IMG/VR virus record: IMGVR_UViG_3300027983_002388
Length of the DNA stretch: 64,000 nt
Strand: one strand, 5' to 3'
Source of the DNA: a virus
Taxonomy: Duplodnaviria > Caudoviricetes
Shown: positions 18,711-28,007 of the stretch, piece by piece
Position numbering within the stretch: position 1 is the first letter of the stretch
Layout of the letters: every line of letters starts with the position of its first letter
Position numbers and translations under genes: made by a program
Notes under the pieces: model-generated
Database searches by the model: none
Told to the model about the DNA's origin: nothing
The model's input: only the letters and a program-made list of their open reading frames with translations

Positions 18711-20021
18711 ATGGATCACTCTCAACTGGCAAAGGCTCTATCAGATTCGATGGGGCCAAATGTGTATATCTGTTGTAAGCCGGAAGTTCTTGACTTCACG
18801 GATCGGGTAGTTGTTCCTGAACTGCAAATATTCAGCCAGAGTGGGCTAGTCACGATTATGCTCACGGATGAAATATTGCCGATGCTTTTGCCTATGCTTC
18901 GATTGAGCGTATTTGGCAAGGGCAACAAGATTGTCACTTGGAATTGGAAGAACTTTGTAAGTTTCGTTCTGGCCAAGACTGGCAAGTCGTATTCCATTGA
19001 TGGGGCTATTATCGACTTGAAGATAATCGAAACTTATTGTGGGCGCAAGTTCAAAGCTCCCAAAACACTGATCGAGGCCATGAACAGGTTGAAAGATTTA
19101 ATCACCACAGGTATGTGGAAAGAGGTTGAGTCTGTATATCGCAAGGTTCATATTCCCCTCATCACCACGGTTATCCCGCATCTTGAAACCACAGGTATTC
19201 TCAACACTCAGTTGGGCAATAAGGTTTATGCCTATTACGAGATCAATGGCCAGGAGAATGGCCGTCTGAAGTGTTCTGGCGAGTATCAGCAGGGCTATGT
19301 GCCGCACGCCATGAAGCCAGAAACGAGGCAAATTCTAAAGCCTCGCACAGCCGATGAGTTGTTCATGGTCTTTGACTACAAGGGCATGGAAGTCTTCATG
19401 TTGGCTTGGATGAGCCAAGACCCGCTCTTGATGGAGCTTTGTCGTGAACCGGATGTTTATTTTGCCTTGTTCGAGAAGATTACCGGCAAAAAGTGCGAAG
19501 GAAAAAATGATCGTGAAATGGCGAAAAAATTCTTTCTGCCGGTTATATATGGACAGTCGGCTTATTCATTAAGTCAACGCTGCGGTGTCGCTTTAGATCT
19601 CGCAGAGATTATTACAGAACGCATTGACGCTTTGTTTCCGGCTGCTTTGGCCTTCATCGAGGGTTATCAGAAGCAGCTTCAAGAACTCGGATATGCCAAA
19701 GACATATTTGGCAAACGCCGCTCTAGCTTCGAGGAAGGCAAAGAATATTCTGTCAGAAATTTTGCAGTTCAGTCACCAGCATCCGTTGTGTGCCTGGAAA
19801 AGTTAGCCCACCTATATTTCGCCCTCAAAGATAAAACCGATCTCGCCTACACCGTCCATGACGGTTACGCTGTGTATGCAACGAAGGAGAACTGGAAGAC
19901 CATATACAAAATTGGTCGTGATGTTCTTACTGGCGATTCCGATTTTTGTCCCGGTTTACGACTTAGAGTAACTTGTCGTGCCGGTCGCAATCTTGATGAC
20001 CTGAAGTTACTCCGCACCTAG
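18711..20021 (+). CDS. Family A DNA polymerase, compact, thumb subdomain missing
   Basis: ENGRLKCS (TGRLSS-like), motif A VFDYKGME, motif B REMAKKFFLPVIYG, NFAVQSPAS, motif C VHDG. Confidence 0.85.
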   Translation: MDHSQLAKALSDSMGPNVYICCKPEVLDFTDRVVVPELQIFSQSGLVTIMLTDEILPMLLPMLRLSVFGKGNKIVTWNWKNFVSFVLAKTGKSYSIDGAIIDLKIIETYCGRKFKAPKTLIEAMNRLKDLITTGMWKEVESVYRKVHIPLITTVIPHLETTGILNTQLGNKVYAYYEINGQENGRLKCSGEYQQGYVPHAMKPETRQILKPRTADELFMVFDYKGMEVFMLAWMSQDPLLMELCREPDVYFALFEKITGKKCEGKNDREMAKKFFLPVIYGQSAYSLSQRCGVALDLAEIITERIDALFPAALAFIEGYQKQLQELGYAKDIFGKRRSSFEEGKEYSVRNFAVQSPASVVCLEKLAHLYFALKDKTDLAYTVHDGYAVYATKENWKTIYKIGRDVLTGDSDFCPGLRLRVTCRAGRNLDDLKLLRT

Positions 20022-20028
20022 AGGACCA

Positions 20029-20586
20029 ATGTTAGACATTTGCATAAATTACAGTATCAACGAAGAAGAGTACCTAGAGCTTGAACATCGTTTCGGTCGT
20101 CTCTGTTGGCACGCCGCTCACGAACTCAAGAAAAAGAACTCTCGCAACAACTACACCGATGATCCCGAAGATATTAAGCAAGAACTCCAGATGTCTATGC
20201 TTCGGGCCGGTAGCTATTACAAGCGACAGATATACATTGAAAAATGTCTTGCCGTTACAAAAAAATATGCTACTGACCCTCTCATGCAACATATCATAGA
20301 AGAGTTAGAGAGCTTATGGGCGAACCGAACTCGACATGGCGCAAATCGCCAAAAGTTTGGGACGTTTCAAGAGCAGCTACTCCAAAAAATCGTTCGGGAG
20401 ATTGTCCCGAAGGATGAGCGGCCCAATAAGAAAGAAAACTTGAAGATCGACGCCAAGTTTGCTACTTATTGCAAAGCTATTGTTTGGAATGGCCAGAAAA
20501 GCATGGGCAAAAAGATAACCAGAGAGAAAGCAATCCGATCTGGCCAAGTAAGCCTTTCCGAATTCGATTACTTGGGTACGGTTTGA
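20029..20586 (+). CDS. Sigma-70 region-2-like protein (candidate gp55-type late sigma factor)
   Basis: EDIKQELQMSMLRA...KFATYCKAIVWN resembles sigma region 2; no region 4. Confidence 0.4.
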   Translation: MLDICINYSINEEEYLELEHRFGRLCWHAAHELKKKNSRNNYTDDPEDIKQELQMSMLRAGSYYKRQIYIEKCLAVTKKYATDPLMQHIIEELESLWANRTRHGANRQKFGTFQEQLLQKIVREIVPKDERPNKKENLKIDAKFATYCKAIVWNGQKSMGKKITREKAIRSGQVSLSEFDYLGTV

Positions 20587-20600
20587 TCGGTTTCTAATAT

Positions 20601-20719
20601 GAAATAGGGAACGGTGTAGTCTGTCGCCGAAGGCATACAACTTGATAGTTATAGATAGATAGATTTTGTTTTTTGATAAAAAACATGCTTTAGTAATGCG
20701 ACACGCTGTTTCCTATTTC
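20601..20719. repeat. Long-range imperfect inverted repeat enclosing ~85 nt
   Basis: gaaatagggaacggtgt ... acacgctgtttcctatttc. Confidence 0.6.
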
Positions 20720-20738
20720 TTTTTTATAAAGTGTTCCG

Positions 20739-21308
20739 ATGGAGTTGAATTCAGTAAGAGCCAAAATAACAACTGGATACGGCGATGATGGATGGACTCA
20801 TGCTGGAATCCATAAACAATGTTCAAAAGACGATCTTGTTATTGATACCGTGGGTGACCTGGATGAACTTAATTGTTGGTTGGGTCGCACTAGAGAGTTA
20901 CATCCACAATTCGATGAGGAATTGAAGACGATCCAAGGCAAGATTTTTGAGCTTGGTGTATTTGTCATTCAATATCGACTTTCATTATCTCTTGAAGATG
21001 TCCGTTGGTTGGAAATCAAGTCTTTAGAACTCGAAAAACACCTGCCTGACCTCAAGAACTTCATTCTTCCTCATTATCCATCCGAAGTTCACATTGCACG
21101 AGCGGTATGTCGTCGTGTAGAACGTAAGCTCTGCTCTTTCATGCGTAAGGATGGTGCGCAGAACGATTTTATCGTGCAGAACGATTTCATCGTGCCTTAC
21201 ATCAATCGCTTGAGCGATTATTTGTTCATTATGGCTCGCCATATCTGTCATACGGCAGGTAAGTCAGAGACTATTTGGCAAGGCGAAAAACCGGAGGCAA
21301 GTAAGTGA
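20739..21308 (+). CDS. pduO: ATP:cob(I)alamin adenosyltransferase (PduO type)
   Basis: KITTGYGDDGWT, GDLDELNCWLG, HIARAVCRRVER, YINRLSDYLFIMAR. Confidence 0.85.
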   Translation: MELNSVRAKITTGYGDDGWTHAGIHKQCSKDDLVIDTVGDLDELNCWLGRTRELHPQFDEELKTIQGKIFELGVFVIQYRLSLSLEDVRWLEIKSLELEKHLPDLKNFILPHYPSEVHIARAVCRRVERKLCSFMRKDGAQNDFIVQNDFIVPYINRLSDYLFIMARHICHTAGKSETIWQGEKPEASK

Positions 21309-21805
21309 AAAATTATGTCATCGTTCATGCTCGACATCCTGATGGGAAAATTTTGTTGGTCCTCAAGGACCGTCCCGAATGGCAAAAGGGTCGATTGAAT
21401 CTTGTCGGTGGCAAAATTGAAAAAGGCGAGACGCCGGGTCATGCCGCCATGCGAGAGTTGCAAGAAGAAGCCGGACTAATTGGAATCTCACCAGAATACG
21501 GCACTCCAATTATTCCCAAGTTGTGCGGCGCAATCAAGGGAGTCGATTGTGTTGTTTATTGTTTTTCTGTGGATGTAAATGAAAAAATAATCAAGCCACG
21601 AGAAGGCGAGACTGAAAAAGTTGATTGGTATTCTCTGGATGTGCTTGACGATTCAAGGCTTATGCCTAATTTAAGGCTTGTAGTTCCACTGTTGCAAATG
21701 GGCGTCACGGATTGGGTTATTACCGATCACAAGTCGTCTTTGGGTGTACCAACTCATGAGGTTATGGTATCCTTGGGGATAGATAAACCTTTTGTAAATG
21801 GATGA
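21305..21805 (+). CDS. NUDIX hydrolase
   Basis: GGKIEKGETPGHAAMRELQEEAG Nudix box. Confidence 0.9.
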   Translation: MKNYVIVHARHPDGKILLVLKDRPEWQKGRLNLVGGKIEKGETPGHAAMRELQEEAGLIGISPEYGTPIIPKLCGAIKGVDCVVYCFSVDVNEKIIKPREGETEKVDWYSLDVLDDSRLMPNLRLVVPLLQMGVTDWVITDHKSSLGVPTHEVMVSLGIDKPFVNG

Positions 21806-21811
21806 CATTAC

Positions 21812-23359
21812 ATGCGTGATCTGACCCCAGAGGAGCAAGCGAAACTTGAAGCGATTTCCGACCCACAGGCTAATGCCAAAGTAAAATTTGCCTGGGACGA
21901 CACCTTTCAGCGAAAGCTGATGGGAATGTTGTTGACCGACCAATATATGCTCATCCAAGCAATGGATAAGCTAGAGTCGGGATACTTCAGCAACGAAGCA
22001 CACGTTTTGATTTGTGATATATTGTTGAAGCATTTTGCCGTTCATAAGGCAATCCCTGAAAAATGGATCATTGAAAATGATCTCAAAGAAAAACTTAAAG
22101 ACCGTGACGCCAGTGTTCAATTGCACTTCTTGGCAGAACTCCATTCTGTTTATGACTACTATGTTCCCGGTTTAGAAACACGGGAATATTTGATTGATAA
22201 AATCACGTTTTTTGCAAAAGTACAAGCTGTAAAAAAGGCATTTGGTACGTCTCTCGAACTGATGGCAGAAGCCCCTGAGTCTGAAAAAACCTGGGCTGCT
22301 GTTTATGAAGAAATGCGAAAAGCAATGCTTATCGACCGGAGTTATGAGCCGGGCGTTGAATACTTCATGAACTTGGATGAGATGTTTTTAAGAATGGATC
22401 AAGTCTTTGAAGGCAAAGATAGATTCACTTCTGGTTTCGCTCCCATTGATGAAGCACTCACTGGTGGCGGGCTATTCAACGGACAGATCGCTTCGTGGAT
22501 TGGATTGCCCGGAACAGGTAAATCACTTGCGCTTGTGCGTGGGGCCGTTCAGAATGTCATTCTGGGGCATAAGGTTCTCTATCTCACGATGGAAATGGAT
22601 GAGCTTGGCATCATGCAGCGATTCACATCGCAGTTCGCCAAGTTGGACATCAATAATCTGCGTGGCGTCAAAGACGAAGTATATCGCACAGTAGAGGAAT
22701 TTAAGAAGGGTTGGGACGATCCCAACTTACTTCACGTCAAGCAGTTCCCTGGTGGCGAAATGGATGTGAACGGCATCCGTGCATATATCGCTCAACTCGA
22801 ACTACGAAAATTCAAACCCAACTTGGTCATTATTGACTATGTTGGCGAAATGAAAGACGACCCGAATGTCAAAAAATATGAATCGGCATATAAAATCCTT
22901 CGTGATTTGCGTGGTTTTGGTGTCAGCCGTGGGCATTGCACTATGACTTGCGTACAACCGAACGCTTCAGCGGCAAAACTTGAAGTAGGCCAATATATCG
23001 ACGAGTCTAACATCGGCACTTCGTTTGACCAGTTCAAGCCTTTGGATGCTTTCTGGAGCATCAACCAGCAGGTTATCGAGAAGGATGCTGAAGTCGGTCG
23101 AGTGTTCGTCATCAAACATCGTAATGGTCGCTCAAGATTTCCATTTAAGATCGGCTTTGACTATAAGCTGGGAACGCTGGATATGTTCTCTATCTCGAAG
23201 GAGAGTTATCGAGAACGCATGAATCTGGTTCAGGAAAAGAAGGCTGATGAAGTCACGATGGACAACATTGATACTGGTGCGCCGCAGCCTGGGAAAAAAC
23301 AAAGAAGCAAAAGAGGATTCAAAGGTGACGATCCGATGGAAGATACTTACGAGGCTTAA
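21812..23359 (+). CDS. dnaB: Replicative DNA helicase, DnaB/T4 gp41-like
   Basis: GLPGTGKS, LTMEM, VIIDYVGEM, VIKHRNGR. Confidence 0.9.
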   Translation: MRDLTPEEQAKLEAISDPQANAKVKFAWDDTFQRKLMGMLLTDQYMLIQAMDKLESGYFSNEAHVLICDILLKHFAVHKAIPEKWIIENDLKEKLKDRDASVQLHFLAELHSVYDYYVPGLETREYLIDKITFFAKVQAVKKAFGTSLELMAEAPESEKTWAAVYEEMRKAMLIDRSYEPGVEYFMNLDEMFLRMDQVFEGKDRFTSGFAPIDEALTGGGLFNGQIASWIGLPGTGKSLALVRGAVQNVILGHKVLYLTMEMDELGIMQRFTSQFAKLDINNLRGVKDEVYRTVEEFKKGWDDPNLLHVKQFPGGEMDVNGIRAYIAQLELRKFKPNLVIIDYVGEMKDDPNVKKYESAYKILRDLRGFGVSRGHCTMTCVQPNASAAKLEVGQYIDESNIGTSFDQFKPLDAFWSINQQVIEKDAEVGRVFVIKHRNGRSRFPFKIGFDYKLGTLDMFSISKESYRERMNLVQEKKADEVTMDNIDTGAPQPGKKQRSKRGFKGDDPMEDTYEA

Positions 23360-23450
23360 CTCCAACCGAACTCCAATTGTTTATTTCGTAAACAAAGGTA
23401 GACTTCAATCTTTGGCAATCTAAAACAACGCAATCGAAGGATGAAATGAA

Positions 23451-24071
23451 ATGGACGACTCAAACGATTTGAAATTTGAAAATATGAATTTTGATGATAG
23501 AGGTAGCAATGCTTGGAGCCGCAAGGATCGTTGTGCTTTTCATTTGAAAGTTGAAAAATTTATATTTCAGAGGCTTAGTCAAGAGTTGCCCGGAAAACTT
23601 GAACGAGCATCTGAAATTGTTGATAAATATGAAAAAGTTGATTGGTTTTGGAATGATGCTTTGTGTGCCATCAAAACTCGTCAAATGAATAGTGGACCTG
23701 ATTTATTGATAGATGTTTACGAGCCATTTAGTGGTTTTTTGTCTGATGAAAATGTCTTGGCAAGAGATATGCAAAAGGCATATGCGGCGATAGCTCATTT
23801 GGAAAACACAAAAACAACTCTGAGTGTTGTGTGCGGACTTGAAGTTCACAGTATCATTAAAAACATAATACAAGAAAACGAAGAGAAAATTTCAGATGGA
23901 GAAATCTCTAATTCTCATGAACCCAAAAGAGTATTTTCATCGGATATACATTCGGATTGTCATTTTAAGGTTGTTATTGATGCCTACTCGAATAAGAAAA
24001 AATTAGTTGCAATTCTTCCTATTTCTTATTTGACCATAATCAAACAAATACCACTAAATCCTAATACATAG
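23451..24071 (+). CDS. Hypothetical protein (AT-rich, 206 aa)
   Basis: Long ORF only. Confidence 0.65.
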   Translation: MDDSNDLKFENMNFDDRGSNAWSRKDRCAFHLKVEKFIFQRLSQELPGKLERASEIVDKYEKVDWFWNDALCAIKTRQMNSGPDLLIDVYEPFSGFLSDENVLARDMQKAYAAIAHLENTKTTLSVVCGLEVHSIIKNIIQENEEKISDGEISNSHEPKRVFSSDIHSDCHFKVVIDAYSNKKKLVAILPISYLTIIKQIPLNPNT

Positions 24072-24317
24072 GGCATGTTTCAATATTAAACGGCCATTAA
24101 AAGCCGACCGATATTGGGAGTTTTCCGGCAGGCTGCTCGCCAAGGTGCGAGTGGACGACCCACAAGTTGGAAAAATGGATAGTCATATTCCCTGATGGGG
24201 AGACGTTCAACTGAGCAGCAACATAACGCTCAAGCGATTCATCCTTGGTTTATGACAGGTCAAGTCCGCAACCGAGCAATTTGTGTCGAAAATGGAATCT
24301 ACTTTGAGGAATCTAAA

Positions 24318-24494
24318 ATGAAATATCGTATTTGCGAAATGACGCTCAATGAGTATGTCAATCATCCCACTGAAGTTAAAATTGATGAAGTCGAGGCCAA
24401 CTCGATGGAAGAAGCTCGTAAGGTTGCCGCCATGCGGTGGCCAAATAGAGAAATTAAAGTGATCGCAGAGAATAACTCTGTTGATTGCAACTGA
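24318..24494 (+). CDS. Small hypothetical protein (MKYRICEMTL..., 58 aa)
   Basis: SD GAGGA before ATG 24318. Confidence 0.55.
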   Translation: MKYRICEMTLNEYVNHPTEVKIDEVEANSMEEARKVAAMRWPNREIKVIAENNSVDCN

Positions 24495-24542
24495 GAGAAA
24501 TGTTAAAGTAATCTCCAAAGGTCAACTATCACTACCCTAAAG

Positions 24543-24572
24543 AAGTTTGGGTCGGAGTACCGACCCAAACTT
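24543..24572. terminator. 13-bp hairpin, probable intrinsic terminator
   Basis: aagtttgggtcgg-agta-ccgacccaaactt. Confidence 0.7.
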
Positions 24573-24603
24573 TCTACGCCTGCTCGCTCTTAGGTGAAAA
24601 ACT

Positions 24604-25092
24604 ATGTCACAAGATGCACCCGTTGAAATTGTCAAGGTTATTGTTCAAGGTCGAGAGATCGAACTCAACCCTAAGAACATGAAGTACAACGAAAACACCT
24701 TGGGCGAATACATGGGCAAGGAGTATGGGTGGGTCGATTATCTCGGCAAGCAGCTTGAGTACGCTCAAAAAGAAGTTTTGTTTGCCGACATAGAAGTTGA
24801 TCGCCTTTTTAGTCTCCGTTACATAGAGGCGAAAGAAAAAGGAGAATCAGAAGGCTATTCAAAGGCTTTCGCCCTTTCTCGTGACGACGTGGTTGCAGCT
24901 AAGAAATATTTAGCTGAACGTAAGGAAGCTGTTGGACATATCAAGGCACACCTGAAAGCCTTTGATAAGAACCACGAGAATGCTCAGAATCGAGGACATA
25001 CGCTTCGTAAAGAATTGGACAAGCTCAATCGAGACATCTATGTATCGCCGGATGATGCCACTTGTACCTTTGAAGATGTGTTGAAGGAGTAG
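24604..25092 (+). CDS. uvsY: Probable UvsY-like recombination mediator
   Basis: Helical 162-aa protein ending ...IKAHLKAFDKNHENAQNRGHTLRKE, UvsY-like; T4-like context. Confidence 0.5.
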   Translation: MSQDAPVEIVKVIVQGREIELNPKNMKYNENTLGEYMGKEYGWVDYLGKQLEYAQKEVLFADIEVDRLFSLRYIEAKEKGESEGYSKAFALSRDDVVAAKKYLAERKEAVGHIKAHLKAFDKNHENAQNRGHTLRKELDKLNRDIYVSPDDATCTFEDVLKE

Positions 25093-25095
25093 TAT

Positions 25096-25686
25096 GTGGT
25101 CGATCCTACCAAGATTACCAATTATCATCTCACGCACGCACAGACAGAGGAAGTTCTTCTGTTTTGGGTTTGTGCAGCAGGCAAAAATGGCGTCACCGCC
25201 GCCAGATGCTTAGAGAGACTTCTCTCAACTTGGCGGGAGAGGGCGTCCAAACTCAAAGCAAATCCATCGCCGTTTGATATTGTTCAATACATTTCTGACA
25301 TTGGCGATCTTGCTGATGAAATGAAAAATCATGGCATTGGTTGTTACAACGCCAAGGCAAAAACTTTTTTGGCACTTGCTCTAAGTGCTATGAATTTCAA
25401 AAAATGTTCAGTTGAAGATTTGGAATCTTTTCCTGGCATCGGTCCCAAGACTGCCCGGTGTTTTTTAATTCATAGCCGTCCTAATCAGCAATATGCTGGT
25501 CTTGATACGCACGTTCTCAAGTTTCTTCGTGACAAAGGACATGAAGTTCCTAAAACAACTCCCACTGGCAAAAAATATCGTGATTTGGAAGCGGTGTTTT
25601 TGAAATATGTGGCCGAGTCCGGCATGAACGTGGCGGACTTTGATTTGATGATTTGGAACGACTATAGGAACAGGAAAGCGGCATGA
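25096..25686 (+). CDS. HhH-GPD superfamily DNA glycosylase/lyase
   Basis: LESFPGIGPKTARCFL, AGLDTHVLKFL. Confidence 0.8.
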   Translation: MVDPTKITNYHLTHAQTEEVLLFWVCAAGKNGVTAARCLERLLSTWRERASKLKANPSPFDIVQYISDIGDLADEMKNHGIGCYNAKAKTFLALALSAMNFKKCSVEDLESFPGIGPKTARCFLIHSRPNQQYAGLDTHVLKFLRDKGHEVPKTTPTGKKYRDLEAVFLKYVAESGMNVADFDLMIWNDYRNRKAA

Positions 25687-25778
25687 GTAATTTCAAATCT
25701 CTGGTTGGTTTGAAAATTGGAAAACTTTTAATTCTTGAAGAGTTCAAAGATACAAGATGGAAGGTTCATTGTGGATGA
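25683..25778 (+). pseudogene. N-terminal remnant of a phage HNH/AP2-type homing endonuclease (31 aa)
   Basis: MSNFKSLVGLKIGKLLILEE...RWKVHCG* matches the L.G.+FG+L.VI...W.C.C.CG pattern. Confidence 0.5.
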
Positions 25779-26211
25779 AAAATGGGATAAGAGGTTTATT
25801 GATCTTGCAAAACATTTTGCCAAATGGAGCAAAGACCCAAGCACTCAAGTCGGTGCAGTTATCTTTGATAAAGATAATCGAATTATTTCTGTAGGCTACA
25901 ATGGGCTACCGGCAGGTGTTTCTGATGTTGGTTTAGAAGATAGAGATAGAAAGTATAAAACAATAATACACGCCGAGATGAATGCTATTATATTTGCAAA
26001 TAGAAGTTTGGATGGTTGCCAAATTGCAACGTGGCCTTTCATGCCTTGCTCTAATTGTTCATCTGCAATTATTCAATCGGGGATTGTTAGGTGTGTTTAC
26101 CCCAAAGCAACTGGTGAAAGAGCGATTAGATGGCAGGAATCTTTTAATTTGTCTAAGAGTCAATTTGATGAGGCTGGAGTTGTAACTAAAGAATATGACG
26201 AAATTGATTGA
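25771..26211 (+). CDS. dCMP deaminase
   Basis: WSKDPSTQVGAVI, GYNG, HAEMNAI, PCSNC; likely GTG start 25771. Confidence 0.92.
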   Translation: MDEKWDKRFIDLAKHFAKWSKDPSTQVGAVIFDKDNRIISVGYNGLPAGVSDVGLEDRDRKYKTIIHAEMNAIIFANRSLDGCQIATWPFMPCSNCSSAIIQSGIVRCVYPKATGERAIRWQESFNLSKSQFDEAGVVTKEYDEID

Positions 26212-26247
26212 AGCTAAGTTGGTTCTTTTGCATGGCTGATTGGGCAA

Positions 26248-27105
26248 ATGAAATTATCGTTCACTTTAGGTGGTGGTCTTGGGGATTATATCCTCAATTA
26301 TTTAGGCGATCCGGGCAATCGGCTTGCCTACATAATGATGGCTGTCCAGGATATTGAGTTCAGAGTTTCTGCTCAGTGTCCGGCTGGTATTGATCTTGTG
26401 AAGAATTCGCCATATTTCAAATTCCAGCATGTCTATCAAGAAAAGAAGTTCGCTCAGAATAGACTTAAAGATGACATTTCTAACATCGGTAATCTTGCCG
26501 AATATCTAAAAGTTATTCCTCCTCTTTGGCTTTCTTCAGAAGAAGAGGATATTTTGGTCAATGTGGTGCGACCATATGCTGTCTTCCATCCATTTGCCTC
26601 TCACGGGCCTCGCAACCTTACTGCGGCGTTCAATACGACCAACATGGTGCAATGGATCGCAGATGCGTCTGGGATTAACGTAGTCGTTTTGGGGCAAGAG
26701 GATTTTGGATATGAATCTGCTAACGTGAGACACATCAAGGGTAGTCCTCGGTTGGCAACAAAATTGGTGGAGCATTCATCCTTTTTTGTCGGTAGTCATA
26801 GTTCAATGCAGTGTGCTGCGTGGGTTCATGACATACCATCATTCTGCATAGGTCCAAGCCATTTGTTGTTTCACAATTTGTATTCACCGAGCAACAACGA
26901 CTTGTATTTGAAACCCTTATTTAAGGGCAAGAACATATTCATGATGTATGACCAAGCAGATCGGTTCTCTTATTTCTTAGACTATTTTTTAAGGACGGCC
27001 ACTTCTCTACAGCCTCAGCGAACCCCCGAAGAATGTCGGAGGAGGATAGCTCTGTCAGGCATGGCTTCTGAGCTTCTTTTGACTTCGGACAAGCAATCAT
27101 GTTGA
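26248..27105 (+). CDS. GT9-like (heptosyltransferase-like) protein
   Basis: GGGLGDYI, VFHPFAS, FFVGSHSSMQCAAW. Confidence 0.6.
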   Translation: MKLSFTLGGGLGDYILNYLGDPGNRLAYIMMAVQDIEFRVSAQCPAGIDLVKNSPYFKFQHVYQEKKFAQNRLKDDISNIGNLAEYLKVIPPLWLSSEEEDILVNVVRPYAVFHPFASHGPRNLTAAFNTTNMVQWIADASGINVVVLGQEDFGYESANVRHIKGSPRLATKLVEHSSFFVGSHSSMQCAAWVHDIPSFCIGPSHLLFHNLYSPSNNDLYLKPLFKGKNIFMMYDQADRFSYFLDYFLRTATSLQPQRTPEECRRRIALSGMASELLLTSDKQSC

Positions 27106-27952
27106 AACAAGGTCCGCAGTCCCAATCCCCATTGTCTCGATGCTTTTGAACCAGAACAAAATCGTAGTATTTGCCATACAATTTGCCATTGGTGAAAGAG
27201 AATATCCCGATTAAGGGCTTTTTAAGTCCTGCTGCAATATGAAATGTTCCGGTGTCCACCGAGATGACAGCATCGGCCAATTCAACCATAGCGATCCAGG
27301 CTTGTTGGTGAATACTGAATATTTGGTCTACGCCCAAGTTGTCATAGACCACTTGTTTGTCGCTGTGGATGGTAAACACATAGCACCCTATATCTCGCAG
27401 TGCTTTGACGACATCGCTTATTTGATTGTATGTGAGGCTTTTAGCTATTCCACATTGATCGTCACTGGAAGCGGAAGCTACTAATATAGCTGGTTTGCCT
27501 TCTTTGTTGTATCGCTTAAATGCTTCTCGGCATTGGTCTAGTACATTGGCATCTGGTTTCAGCATCATGTTGTGATTGGTCAATGTCACTCCGCAGTGCG
27601 CCGCCCAAATATCGCTGCGATTATCTTTGTTGTCGATTCCTTGGCGGTTTTCATGGACCCGGCAGGCTGTTGAAAGATCGTAAACTACGCCATATTCATC
27701 TTCGTTTACAGACCCCAGATCAATTGCTGTGGCGAATGGGTGGTTTTTGGCCATTTCGACGTATTGTGCAGGACAGGCGAATGTGATCTCGGCTCCAGGA
27801 AAAGCCTGGGAGAAGTCTTCAAACAGCATTCTTTGCACAAGGATGTCACCGTAGCCGCCGCTGCGTCTTTTGATGAGAATCTTGTTGCGTCTTTCTTGGT
27901 GGTCTTTCAACGAAACAGGCTTCTTTACCTTCTTTTTCACCAACTTGAGCAT
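26939..27952 (-). CDS. Glycosyltransferase family 9 (ADP-heptose heptosyltransferase-like)
   Basis: RSGGYGDIL, ISVDTGTFHIAAGLKKPLIGIF, CGPC...C...C. Confidence 0.85.
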   Translation of the reverse strand: MLKLVKKKVKKPVSLKDHQERRNKILIKRRSGGYGDILVQRMLFEDFSQAFPGAEITFACPAQYVEMAKNHPFATAIDLGSVNEDEYGVVYDLSTACRVHENRQGIDNKDNRSDIWAAHCGVTLTNHNMMLKPDANVLDQCREAFKRYNKEGKPAILVASASSDDQCGIAKSLTYNQISDVVKALRDIGCYVFTIHSDKQVVYDNLGVDQIFSIHQQAWIAMVELADAVISVDTGTFHIAAGLKKPLIGIFSFTNGKLYGKYYDFVLVQKHRDNGDWDCGPCFNMIACPKSKEAQKPCLTELSSSDILRGFAEAVEKWPSLKNSLRNKRTDLLGHTS

Positions 27953-28007
27953 ATATTTTTCTCGTGTTCTTTCATAACAACCAGATATACAGTTTCTATC
28001 TTCTTCA

